Shown: piece by piece, positions 39,015 to 48,282 of the stretch | Position numbering within the stretch: the stretch's first letter is position 1 | Layout of the letters: each line of letters starts with the position of its first letter | Assembly (NCBI GenBank): GCA_000999095.1 | Contig: LCFP01000006.1 | Location: 1,823-65,822 of the forward strand | Direction: 5' to 3' | From: Candidatus Gottesmanbacteria bacterium GW2011_GWA2_43_14 | GTDB lineage: Bacteria > Patescibacteriota > Microgenomatia > 2-02-FULL-39-11 | DNA: 64,000 nt | Translations under genes and position numbers: made by a program | The notes under the pieces: model-generated | Told to the model about the DNA's origin: nothing | What the model saw: only the letters and a program-made list of their open reading frames with translations | Databases searched by the model: none

Positions 39015-40441
39015 AAGTGCTGTATGCCTCATGGGAACTGGATCCTTATATCAAGCTGGGCGGATTGGGCGACGTGGCCAGGTCCCTTCCGGCGGCTTTG
39101 GGTAAGAACGGGGTAGATATTAAAAATGTCATGCCCTTTTACAAAGCGGTGAAGATAGACAAAAAAAATCTGGTCAAGACAGGCGAGCTTGAAGTTGAGT
39201 ATGACGGAAGATCTGAAAGAGTGATTATTTATGAAACGATCAATCCGACAAACCGGATCCCGCTCTTTCTTCTGCAAAATAGAAAATACCTGTCTTTTGC
39301 TGATTCACAAAATAATTTCGCTTTTTTTGCCAAAGCGATTGTTGAAATTATCCGTCAAAAAACCATAGCCTGGATACCTGATATCATTCACTGCAATGAC
39401 CATCATTTAGGCCTTTTACCCCTGTTGGTCAGGCATAACAAACTGAAAGTAAAAACCATACTGACGATCCATAATTTGTCCTACCAGGGACATGCCCCGA
39501 TTGCCGTAATTGAGAAGTTAGGCCTTAAAACTTCCCATTGCCGTCCCCATGCCTGGGAAATAAAAAGCCGCCAGCTGAATTTTCTTTTGGAAGGGATCAT
39601 CCATGCGGATGTAATCAATACGGTATCGCCGACTTATGCCAGAGAGATCATGCGGGAGGAATTCGGCATGGGCCTTGAGGATATTTTGAGAGGGAAAGAG
39701 GGGAGAGTCTTCGGAATCCTAAACGGCATCGACAAGGAATACAACAACCTGTTGCATTACCAAGCCCTGGATTATCCGTTTTTAAGCGGAATTGCGGGAG
39801 GATCGAAAAAATTATATTCGTGGCAGGAAGGTAAAAAACACAACAAGGCCCATTTACAGGAAAAAATGAAACTCAAGATTGATTCCGATATTCCCATATT
39901 TGCCTTCATTGGCAGATTTGATGCCCAGCAAAAGGGAATAGACATACTTCATAAGCTGATACGGCGCGGAGCCTATGAGAAATACCAGTTTGTCATATTA
40001 GGCAACGGCAATTCCGATTGGGAAGAAAGATATGCCTGGCTGTCCAAGTTCTATCCGGAAAGCGTATCCTGCAATTTCCTCTTTGATCCGCATCTGGCCC
40101 ATCTTATTTATGCCGGAGCTGATTTTATTCTGATTCCATCACGTTTTGAGCCCTGCGGTTTAATTCAAATGATTGCCATGACTTCCGGTACCCTGCCCAT
40201 AGCCCATAAAACCGGTGGATTAGCCGACTCAATAAAAAACGGGAGAAACGGCTTTCTTTTCGAAAACTATACCTCAGAATCCCTGGGAATGATGATTGAC
40301 AAAGCCGTGGATATTCAGAAAAACGACCGTGCCAAATATGAAGAAATGGTCAGTACAGCAATGAGAACCGACTTCTCATGGGACAAAAGCGCCAGGGAAT
40401 ATATCGGACTTTATGACAAATTGTATTTGGGCGAATATTGA
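39011..40441 (+). CDS. glgA: Glycogen/starch synthase (GT5)
   Basis: KLGGLGDV (KxGGL), HCND, TIHNL.YQG, TVSPTYA.EI, QKG, PSRFEPCGL.Q, TGGLADS. Confidence 0.92.
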   Translation: MKVLYASWELDPYIKLGGLGDVARSLPAALGKNGVDIKNVMPFYKAVKIDKKNLVKTGELEVEYDGRSERVIIYETINPTNRIPLFLLQNRKYLSFADSQNNFAFFAKAIVEIIRQKTIAWIPDIIHCNDHHLGLLPLLVRHNKLKVKTILTIHNLSYQGHAPIAVIEKLGLKTSHCRPHAWEIKSRQLNFLLEGIIHADVINTVSPTYAREIMREEFGMGLEDILRGKEGRVFGILNGIDKEYNNLLHYQALDYPFLSGIAGGSKKLYSWQEGKKHNKAHLQEKMKLKIDSDIPIFAFIGRFDAQQKGIDILHKLIRRGAYEKYQFVILGNGNSDWEERYAWLSKFYPESVSCNFLFDPHLAHLIYAGADFILIPSRFEPCGLIQMIAMTSGTLPIAHKTGGLADSIKNGRNGFLFENYTSESLGMMIDKAVDIQKNDRAKYEEMVSTAMRTDFSWDKSAREYIGLYDKLYLGEY

Positions 40442-40450
40442 TAAATTCCC

Positions 40451-40482
40451 AGGTTGCGTAGCTGCGCCACCTCCCAGGTTGA
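40451..40482. repeat. 32-bp dispersed palindromic repeat, copy 2
   Basis: aggttgcgtagctgcgccacctcccaggttga. Confidence 0.85.
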
Positions 40483-40486
40483 AGAT

Positions 40487-41530
40487 ATGAAATATAGGAC
40501 TCTTGCTCTTGCCGGTACCTTTGACCGTCTGCATTACGGCCACCGGGTTTTTATTTCGCAAGCCTTCCGAAAATCCGATAAGATCATTATCGGTTTAACT
40601 TCCGATACATTCGTTCAAAACAAAATTTCCAATAAACGGCCAAGGGCGAAATCCTATCATGACAGGGAGAATGAGCTGATTATGTTTTTGGAGGAAAATG
40701 ACTGGAAAAAAAGAAGCAGGATCGTCAAAATCGATGATGTTTACGGTCCGGCAATTGAAGGCAATGGGATTGAAGCCATACTGGCAACACAGGATTCCAT
40801 CGCGGGAGCCCGCCAGGTAAACGAAAAAAGGCTGGAGTTGGGTCTTGCGCCATTATCAATTGAGGAAGTCAGCCTGGTCAAAGCCGAGGACGGAGGCACC
40901 ATTTCCTCGACCAGAATCAGGATCGGTGAAATAAACCGCTACGGAAAAGTTCTCGGGGACTTGGATATATTCGGCAAAAAAATGCCGGAAAATCTCAGAT
41001 TGAAACTGAAACTTCCCATAGGCCATCTCATTTCCAATCCTGAAGCCGATATTTTGAAAGCCGGTAAAAAACTAAGGGAGCAGATAGACAGAACAAGTCC
41101 TGTACTTATATCAGCAGTCGGAGATGAAGCAGTCTATGTCATGAATAAGCTGGGTCTTCCTTACCATTTGGCCATCGTTGATTTTCACGTTAAAAGAGTC
41201 AGAAGACATCAGGAGTTGGCTGATTTGGCTTTCGGAAAGGGATTTTTCCTCAGTGAAACCGGCAATAAAATCACCAGAATCGCAAATCCTGCCGGCCATA
41301 TTACCCAAAAACTGGTAAAAACCATAAGCCGGAACCTGAGACTTTCGCTCTCCGACGGCAAATTGAGGGTTATCGAAGTTGAAGGTGAGGAGGATTTGGC
41401 AGCCCTGCCGGCTGTTTTATTGTCGCCGCTTACCTCTCTGGTTTTTTACGGGCAGCCCGACCGGGGTGTAGTGGCTGTTGAGACGACTTTGAAAAAGAAA
41501 GAAGAATTGCTGGAGATGATGAACCAATGA
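40487..41530 (+). CDS. Fused archaeal/eukaryote-type phosphopantetheine adenylyltransferase and DUF359 GTP-dependent dephospho-CoA kinase
   Basis: GTFDRLHYGH and ISSTRIR (CoaD-type); VGD, NPAG.I, VEGEEDLAALP, YGQP (DUF359); ATG at 40487. Confidence 0.88.
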   Translation: MKYRTLALAGTFDRLHYGHRVFISQAFRKSDKIIIGLTSDTFVQNKISNKRPRAKSYHDRENELIMFLEENDWKKRSRIVKIDDVYGPAIEGNGIEAILATQDSIAGARQVNEKRLELGLAPLSIEEVSLVKAEDGGTISSTRIRIGEINRYGKVLGDLDIFGKKMPENLRLKLKLPIGHLISNPEADILKAGKKLREQIDRTSPVLISAVGDEAVYVMNKLGLPYHLAIVDFHVKRVRRHQELADLAFGKGFFLSETGNKITRIANPAGHITQKLVKTISRNLRLSLSDGKLRVIEVEGEEDLAALPAVLLSPLTSLVFYGQPDRGVVAVETTLKKKEELLEMMNQ

Positions 41531-42234
41531 TAAAGATTGAAAGATCAGAGGCTGAAGATCTTTGGCCAAGGTGCGCAGAAATAATTTTTGAGAAACTGAC
41601 GGATGCGGACAATAACCGTAAAAGAACACTGACGTTTTTGTCGGGAGGATCAGCGGTTTCATTATATTCTTTACTTTCCGAAAAACTGAAAAAAGCACCC
41701 CTACACCCCCGGCGACATGTATTTGCACAGGCAGATGAACGTTTCCAGCCTGAAAATAAAAACGATATTAATGCTTATCAAATTGAAAAAAGCGGTTTAC
41801 CTCAAAGCCTGCGTGAAAAAAATATCGCTTTCCATGCCATTCCCCAAAGAGAAACATTGATGGAAGCGCAAGATAATTACCGCCTGACGATAAACAGATT
41901 ATTCAACATAAGCGACATAAAAATTGCCGTTTTGGGGATTGGGGAGGACGGGCATACCGCCGGACTGCTGCCTGGATATATGGATAAGTGGGATACGCAA
42001 TCATTGGTTGCCGGATATGAAAACAGCGGAGGCTTTCCCCAGAGGATCAGTCTTACCCCTCAAGCAATCAGCCGATGCGGACTTGCCCTGGTCGTTTTAT
42101 CGGGAAAATCCAAACAGCCGGTGCTGCAGAGGCTTTTGGATAAAAAAGAGAACGATTTGAATAAATTTCCGGCTGAGGCAATTAACAGCATCAGTGAAGT
42201 GAAAATCCTGACTGATTTTCCGATACTCCATTGA
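41527..42234 (+). CDS. pgl: 6-phosphogluconolactonase (glucosamine-6-P isomerase family)
   Basis: LSGGS, DER, LGIGEDGHTAG, RISLT. Confidence 0.8.
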   Translation: MIKIERSEAEDLWPRCAEIIFEKLTDADNNRKRTLTFLSGGSAVSLYSLLSEKLKKAPLHPRRHVFAQADERFQPENKNDINAYQIEKSGLPQSLREKNIAFHAIPQRETLMEAQDNYRLTINRLFNISDIKIAVLGIGEDGHTAGLLPGYMDKWDTQSLVAGYENSGGFPQRISLTPQAISRCGLALVVLSGKSKQPVLQRLLDKKENDLNKFPAEAINSISEVKILTDFPILH

Positions 42235-42259
42235 CAAGTACGTCTGACAATACTTTAAT
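42231..42259 (+). promoter_or_regulatory. Sigma70-type promoter TTGACA-N17-TTTAAT, probably leaderless
   Basis: ATG at 42267 lies 7 nt after the -10. Confidence 0.65.
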
Positions 42260-42266
42260 GTAATTA

Positions 42267-43622
42267 ATGGGAAGCAAAAGGTATTACCCTACACTTTTGA
42301 CTTTGGCCGGAATCATAATCCTGACTGCAGGAGTGATCGCCGGCAAAGCGCTTGTTTCCACAGGCACCCGCTTTAACCCTTTCGCCCAGACTTTGCCGAT
42401 GCCTCTTCTTTCCGAACTTTCAGTAAAGCCTGTTGCTGATACCTATGCCAGTCAGACTTCCCAGACGGAAAATTTCGGCAGCGACCCTGTACTTGTTGTC
42501 AGCGGCAAAGGCAATCCCGACAGAGAAAGCTATTTGAAATTTGACATTAAACTAGCCGGAGAAATATATAATGCCAACCTGAAAATGTTCGTTCCGGAAA
42601 ACGGAACGTTGGACGGTCCCGAAATTTACGCCGCCGGCAGCAACTGGAGTGAGACTGAATTAAATTTTCTGAATAAACCGCCGGTTTCCGGCAGCGCCGT
42701 CGATAACAGGGGTTTTATCGGAAGCGGGGAATGGGTGAATTATAATGTTTCAGCGGTTGTCAAAAGCAGCGGGCTGTATACTTTTGTCCTTAAAGCGACC
42801 AGTTTTGACGGAGTCATTTTTTCTTCAAGGGAAGGCCTGAATCCTCCTGTTTTAACGGTTAACTATCTGCCGAAATATCCTTCTCCGACACCGACCTGTG
42901 TTCCGAAGCCGACTTTATGTCCGCCGCCGCTTGCGGGTACACCCGCTACCTGTCCCTATCCCATTCCTCCCCCCGGCGGCTGGTTCTGTCCGGAAAAATC
43001 ACCTACCCCGACTTTGCCTCAGGGCGATGCGGATGAGGACGGCAAAGTCGACGGCCGGGACTATGTCATCTGGTTGCTTCACTACATTCAAAACACGGCA
43101 AACAGCCATAAACACGGAGATTTCAATAATGACGGCATAGTCGACGGGCTGGATTATGTCATCTGGCTCAAGCAATATCTGATTATGCACCAGATTACCC
43201 CTACCTCTAGCCCTTCATGCATACCCTTGCCAGATTGTGTTTACGGCACCAAAGATGAATACGGTGTGATAAGTTATTGCGATCTGCCGGCCGGCAATTA
43301 CTGTCCTTTGCCTACCTGCGTGCCGCCCCCTCCCTGTATTTACGGAGAAATCCAGGAAAACGGATCAGTACTATATTGCGATCCTATGCCGCTGACATCT
43401 TATTGCCGGCCGACGCCGAATCCTACTTGCTCACCAATTCCCGATTCCTGCATTAAATGGGAAAATGGAGTTCCGACTTTAATCTGTGAATCCGCTATGA
43501 ATCTCTTACCGTGGTGCCCGCTGCCGTCCTGCACTCCCAGGCCTGCCTGTCTGGATACGGAACCGAAATGCCTCCTTCCGGAAACTCCTGACATGTGTCC
43601 TCCGGCAACTTCAACTTCCTAA
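42267..43622 (+). CDS. Membrane-anchored DNRLRE/CBM96-like domain, dockerin-like module and Cys/Pro-rich tail
   Basis: PVADTY...NFG....V......RESYLKFD, W.ET..., FSSRE...PP.L; internal GDADEDGKVDGRDY / GDFNNDGIVDGLDY. Confidence 0.75.
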   Translation: MGSKRYYPTLLTLAGIIILTAGVIAGKALVSTGTRFNPFAQTLPMPLLSELSVKPVADTYASQTSQTENFGSDPVLVVSGKGNPDRESYLKFDIKLAGEIYNANLKMFVPENGTLDGPEIYAAGSNWSETELNFLNKPPVSGSAVDNRGFIGSGEWVNYNVSAVVKSSGLYTFVLKATSFDGVIFSSREGLNPPVLTVNYLPKYPSPTPTCVPKPTLCPPPLAGTPATCPYPIPPPGGWFCPEKSPTPTLPQGDADEDGKVDGRDYVIWLLHYIQNTANSHKHGDFNNDGIVDGLDYVIWLKQYLIMHQITPTSSPSCIPLPDCVYGTKDEYGVISYCDLPAGNYCPLPTCVPPPPCIYGEIQENGSVLYCDPMPLTSYCRPTPNPTCSPIPDSCIKWENGVPTLICESAMNLLPWCPLPSCTPRPACLDTEPKCLLPETPDMCPPATSTS

Positions 43623-43640
43623 CGCAGTTGAATGTTCCTG

Positions 43641-43669
43641 TTGACTTTCCCTCAGCTTAATTTTTTAAT
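43641..43669 (+). promoter_or_regulatory. Sigma70-type promoter TTGACT-N17-TTTAAT, probably leaderless
   Basis: ATG at 43678 lies 8 nt after the -10. Confidence 0.6.
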
Positions 43670-43677
43670 GGAAACAG

Positions 43678-44781
43678 ATGGATAATAAAGGTATTCCGGT
43701 CTCTGTGATGGCTTTGTTAGGTCTTTTTATTTTAATAACGGGTATCGGAGCAGGAAAAAAATTGGCTTCACAAAGTACAAGATTTTCACCCCTGGCCGTT
43801 AAGCCCAATATTTCACCGACCCCTACTCCTACACCGAAAACTTCCAACTGCAGCCAAACCTGCAATTATTCAGTTAATCCGCAGATTATTTGCCAGATAG
43901 GCTTGTCGTGTTACTATTTGGGCTTGGGTACTCCGGCACCGGGAGCTCCCGGTGTTTGTCGCAAGCCTGGCTGCCAGGAGAAATCCGATTGTATCTGCGC
44001 TCCGACCATTACAGGCATAAACCTGCCTGATTTGGTGGTGACCCAAATGAAAATCGAACTTGAAACAAGATCAGGTTGTTACAATTCTCCTCCCAATTTA
44101 CGATTAAGCGCTTATATCAAGAACATCGGAAATACCGAGGCAGGTCAATTTGTGGTTGATGTAAATGGTGATAGGAAAACAGTTACAGGCGGACTCCCGG
44201 CAGGTCAAACAGCATTTGTTTGGGGTTTTAATCTTGGTTATGGACAGCCCGCTACAGCTTTTGCAGATGCCACCTTTTTAGTCGAGGAATCCAATGAAGA
44301 CAATAATGAACTGACCGCATTGGTCCCGATACCCACACTGCCACCGGTCACTTGTACCCCTACCCCTTCAAGCGGGGCGGAAATTCCCGGTGATGCCAAC
44401 GGGGATAACAAAGTCGACGGACTCGACTATGTCATCTGGCTGAACAACTATAACAAAACAGTTACAACAGGATCAGCTGCAGGGGACTTCGACAAAAACG
44501 GCAAGGTAGACGGCATTGATTATGTGAAATGGTTAATCCAATATATTTTTATGAACCAAATTTCACCCACTCCTACAATTACTCCATCACCGAGCATATC
44601 ACTCCAGCAAACTGCCTGTGAGAACCAGGGATATATATGGAAAATCTTCAGTAACGGCTGTGTTGACAGTTGTGATTTGGCTGCCAATCCCCAGTTGAAT
44701 TGCACGCAGGTTTTGACTCCGGGTTGTGATTGCGGGGCAGACAGCTGTTGGAACGGCACAAGTTGCCAGAATAATCCGTAG
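43678..44781 (+). CDS. Membrane-anchored CARDB-domain protein with dockerin-like module and Cys-rich modules
   Basis: LPDLVV, IKNIG...AG.F.V, AD....V.ESNEDNN (CARDB); internal double dockerin; Cys-rich ends. Confidence 0.8.
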   Translation: MDNKGIPVSVMALLGLFILITGIGAGKKLASQSTRFSPLAVKPNISPTPTPTPKTSNCSQTCNYSVNPQIICQIGLSCYYLGLGTPAPGAPGVCRKPGCQEKSDCICAPTITGINLPDLVVTQMKIELETRSGCYNSPPNLRLSAYIKNIGNTEAGQFVVDVNGDRKTVTGGLPAGQTAFVWGFNLGYGQPATAFADATFLVEESNEDNNELTALVPIPTLPPVTCTPTPSSGAEIPGDANGDNKVDGLDYVIWLNNYNKTVTTGSAAGDFDKNGKVDGIDYVKWLIQYIFMNQISPTPTITPSPSISLQQTACENQGYIWKIFSNGCVDSCDLAANPQLNCTQVLTPGCDCGADSCWNGTSCQNNP

Positions 44782-44805
44782 AAATAACAAGCTTTTTGGC
44801 GAAAG

Positions 44806-45345
44806 TTACCTTAATTGAATTATTTCCGGCTTCAATTCTTCCACATTATCCGTAACTATCTGCATATCGTCAGGATTAAAATTCAGCCTGCCTGATGCAA
44901 AATCCCCGCCCATAAATTTAATGGAAGCTAGTTGAAACTTTCCCGAGGGTAGTTTTGATCCCGGTGAGGCACCCATGACAAGGATAACAGTGCCTTCGGT
45001 GTTGGCTTTTTCCAGGGGAGTTTCATCGATTGTGGTAGAAAGATTACCGCCGGGTTCAATCTGAGTTATGTTTAACTCTTGAGGATCAAAAGACATATTC
45101 AACCGGGCAAATGCTACTTTTTCTTTCCCGGAGTCGGCCAATACAGTGACGAGAGTTTCATTTGTCACTTCGGTTTTTTCGGCTTTAAAAGACAAAATGA
45201 CCGGTTTAAGCTCCGGATCGAAATTTGCATTTTTACTCCGGTTAAGAAATAGCAACAGAAAAACGGGCACCGCGAACAGAATCAGGATATAAAACCACGG
45301 ATGTAGTTTATTGGTTTTTACCTGAACCGGCCTTTTTTCTTTCAT
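44806..45345 (-). CDS. Membrane-anchored single cohesin-like domain protein
   Basis: N-terminal TM, then beta-rich VAFARLNMSFDPQEL...GTVILV...SGKFQLASIKF...GRLNF; homologous to 49473..50285. Confidence 0.65.
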   Translation of the reverse strand: MKEKRPVQVKTNKLHPWFYILILFAVPVFLLLFLNRSKNANFDPELKPVILSFKAEKTEVTNETLVTVLADSGKEKVAFARLNMSFDPQELNITQIEPGGNLSTTIDETPLEKANTEGTVILVMGASPGSKLPSGKFQLASIKFMGGDFASGRLNFNPDDMQIVTDNVEELKPEIIQLR

Positions 45346-45348
45346 TTT

Positions 45349-48279
45349 TTACTTATTGTAATTATTCAGCCAGATGACATAGTCGAGACCGTCCACTTTT
45401 CCCGAGTTATTAAAGTCACCATTTACTGCTCCCGTTGCAGATTGGTTGTAATGGTTAAGCCAGGCTACGTAATCAAGACCGTCAACCTTGTCGTCCCCAT
45501 TGGCATCACCGGGTTTGCCTATTGGCGGTGTTGTCGGTGAGGGACCGGTTGTAACAGGCGGAGAAGTAGGACAGTTGGTGCCGGTGCAGGAGACCTGAAT
45601 AGTGGAGATAAGATTGTCCAGATAATATAAGTCTCCCAGCATCATCGGGGCATCCAACCGTTTGGCCAGTTCATTGTAGCTTTCCTTAAGTATCAGGGCT
45701 TTGGCCTGGAACAGGGAATGGGTTTGCTGGTAAGGTGTCGCCGCACCTTCACCCTGGACTTCCCGGTTCAAAGCCTCAAACCATAACGGTATTTCAGCAG
45801 TGTATGTATTGACAGCGTCCTGAACCTTGGTTTTGGCATTAACATTCAGATAGTCTGCCAAAGCAGGAGTCAGGTACATGAAGTTCCAGGCATGTTTGAG
45901 GGTGGCATAGTAATTTGCCGCGTTATTGGTACCTGTAGTGCCCAGTGTTTGTACCGGACTGATTTGAAAATTGTTTTTTCTCTCGGTGAGTAAAGAGTTC
46001 AAGGTTGTTTCGTAAGGTCCGTATACGGATGACGGCTGGCCGGCCAGTTTGGCCAATTCCACATATCCCTTGTAGCCGGCGATCAATCCGTTAACTGCTT
46101 GCGGCCACATACCGGGACAGGCAGGGGAACAATATGACGGACGAGCGGCGGAAAGTTTGGATTTGGCGGAATTAAAGACGGTTAAAGCCTGAGAAGGATT
46201 CTCTTTGGCATATTGCCACATGGCGTAGAATTGATATGGAGGCCAGTTCCACATATTTTCCCAGAGTTTCGAAGTTGAAGGTCCCATATTGGCAATTTTC
46301 CCGGCCATACCAGGAGGGTAGGAAAAACTGTCCCTGAATTTACCGTCCTTCCAGCCAATGTGGCTGTACTGGTAAGGCGGGAATTGGGTAAATTCGTTTT
46401 GGAGGTATGTTTTTACCTGTGTTTTTAATCCGGCAGATAAATACGGGAGCGCTCTGAGCAGATAATAATGAATGTCTCCCGGGGCATGCCAGTAGTCCAG
46501 TAGCATATCACCCAGGGACGACTGCATATGCTGATCAAAGTTTCCGCCTACACCGTATCCCGGTTTCAGGTGCCCGGCATTGACGATTTTCTGCACTTCC
46601 GTTTCCAGGATATTAACAAGCTGGGCAACAGGCGGCACTCCCGCAGGTTCACCTATGGTTGCCGGGGCGGGGGCGTCTGAGATTGAGGCCGATTTGCCTG
46701 TTCCATTTGGTGAAAAAGCGATCAAGGCGTTGCTTCTTATAGCATACATTTTGCCGTCGTAAATTGCCGGACCGGCGTTGTCCCCATGGGAGGCATAAAA
46801 ACGGCCAACTGTCGTCGGGTCGCTCCAGAAAAATTTTTGCATCTGGCTGAAATAGTTATCGGGCAGGTCGCCGCTGTTTTCACCTATTTTGCCGGTTAAA
46901 TGTCTCCACTGACGGGTTGTATCCAGTGAAGGATAAGCAGTATTTGATTTGGATATATCAGCACTGCCTATAAACCTATCGCAACAAAGATTCCAATAAA
47001 TGTATTTGCCTCCACCCGATAGGCCTGTATACTCATCCAAAGGCCAGGCCAGGCTCTGGCCGAAATGTTTGGATACAGCGAGGCTGAGGAAACTACTGCC
47101 GTATTCCCAGCCTGTAGCGCGGGAGCCGGTAAAGCTGTTGTTTTGAAACAGCGGGGTGCGGAAATACAAGATATTCTGGTTATTGTAGCCGCTGAGAACA
47201 GGCGGATAAGCGGTTTCCCAATCCTGAACTGATCTTAAAACAGGGACGGCATCGGTTTTACCGTCCTTGTCAGTATCAAAATTAACTTCCACCCCATTGG
47301 CCTGGTTCAGGACGAAAACATTTCTTTGGTGCGGATTGCTTTCAAAGTAGTTGGGAATTGTTGTAGACATAAGGGGATTTATGGAAACATCAACGGTTTT
47401 TGTCTGGGAACCGACGGTGTGAGTGACAATTTGACCGGCCGGATTATCAGAGGTAGTTCCCCCTATTATCAAATCCCTTTCGTATCCAAAATCATTGCCT
47501 CCGGTAAAATCTCCTGAAGTATTTCTCTGTTCCTCGGTGCGGGTGAAAATAACCTTGTCGCTGTAAATCACCGGCCACCAGGTGATAAAGCCCATGCCCG
47601 GAAGTTTGACTTTCCAGGACAGGGTTCCGCCTGTGGTTAAAGCGTAAGCATTGCCGTCCTGGGCACCAAAAAAGATTTTACCGCCGGAGTAGGCGGCTGA
47701 AAACAGGATCGGTCCGGGACCATCAGTTTTATATTTCCATTTTTTACTGCCGGTTGAGGCATCCAAAGCATACATGTATCCGTCACGGTTACCGGCAAAG
47801 ACAGTGTTTTCGGCAAAGAGGGGACTGGTTGAAAAACCGGCGCCTCCTTCGGTTGATACATCAAATACCCATTTTTTACTCCCGTTGGAAACATTGATGG
47901 CATGCACTTTGCGGTCCAGTCCGGAAGCATATAAAGTGCCGGCATTGTAAGTAGGAGAGTGTCCGATCGGCATCTCGGTTGCGTAAATCCATTCCTGGGT
48001 GCCGGTATCGGCATTGAAAGCGTATACTCCGCGGGCAGTCGAAACAAAGACCTTGTTTTCCGCTCCCACAGGCTGCACCCTTTGTGAAACATATGGCACC
48101 AGTCTTTTCACCCAAAGGGCTTTTAAAAGTCCCGGTGCTTCATTCGGCGTCCAGGAAGTCCGCTGTGCATTTCCTCCGGCTGTTGACCAGGGAATATCAG
48201 TTTGGGCAATAGCGGGAGACAGGGAAGTCGTCAGAAGAAGGCAGACGGTTAAAGATATTAGTAAAATTTTCACAGCCAT
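45349..48279 (-). CDS. Secreted PQQ-like beta-propeller protein with unknown domain and C-terminal dockerin
   Basis: Signal peptide, repeated YA(F/L)(N/D)A.TG...W blades, C-terminal double dockerin. Confidence 0.8.
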   Translation of the reverse strand: MAVKILLISLTVCLLLTTSLSPAIAQTDIPWSTAGGNAQRTSWTPNEAPGLLKALWVKRLVPYVSQRVQPVGAENKVFVSTARGVYAFNADTGTQEWIYATEMPIGHSPTYNAGTLYASGLDRKVHAINVSNGSKKWVFDVSTEGGAGFSTSPLFAENTVFAGNRDGYMYALDASTGSKKWKYKTDGPGPILFSAAYSGGKIFFGAQDGNAYALTTGGTLSWKVKLPGMGFITWWPVIYSDKVIFTRTEEQRNTSGDFTGGNDFGYERDLIIGGTTSDNPAGQIVTHTVGSQTKTVDVSINPLMSTTIPNYFESNPHQRNVFVLNQANGVEVNFDTDKDGKTDAVPVLRSVQDWETAYPPVLSGYNNQNILYFRTPLFQNNSFTGSRATGWEYGSSFLSLAVSKHFGQSLAWPLDEYTGLSGGGKYIYWNLCCDRFIGSADISKSNTAYPSLDTTRQWRHLTGKIGENSGDLPDNYFSQMQKFFWSDPTTVGRFYASHGDNAGPAIYDGKMYAIRSNALIAFSPNGTGKSASISDAPAPATIGEPAGVPPVAQLVNILETEVQKIVNAGHLKPGYGVGGNFDQHMQSSLGDMLLDYWHAPGDIHYYLLRALPYLSAGLKTQVKTYLQNEFTQFPPYQYSHIGWKDGKFRDSFSYPPGMAGKIANMGPSTSKLWENMWNWPPYQFYAMWQYAKENPSQALTVFNSAKSKLSAARPSYCSPACPGMWPQAVNGLIAGYKGYVELAKLAGQPSSVYGPYETTLNSLLTERKNNFQISPVQTLGTTGTNNAANYYATLKHAWNFMYLTPALADYLNVNAKTKVQDAVNTYTAEIPLWFEALNREVQGEGAATPYQQTHSLFQAKALILKESYNELAKRLDAPMMLGDLYYLDNLISTIQVSCTGTNCPTSPPVTTGPSPTTPPIGKPGDANGDDKVDGLDYVAWLNHYNQSATGAVNGDFNNSGKVDGLDYVIWLNNYNK

Positions 48280-48282
48280 ATA

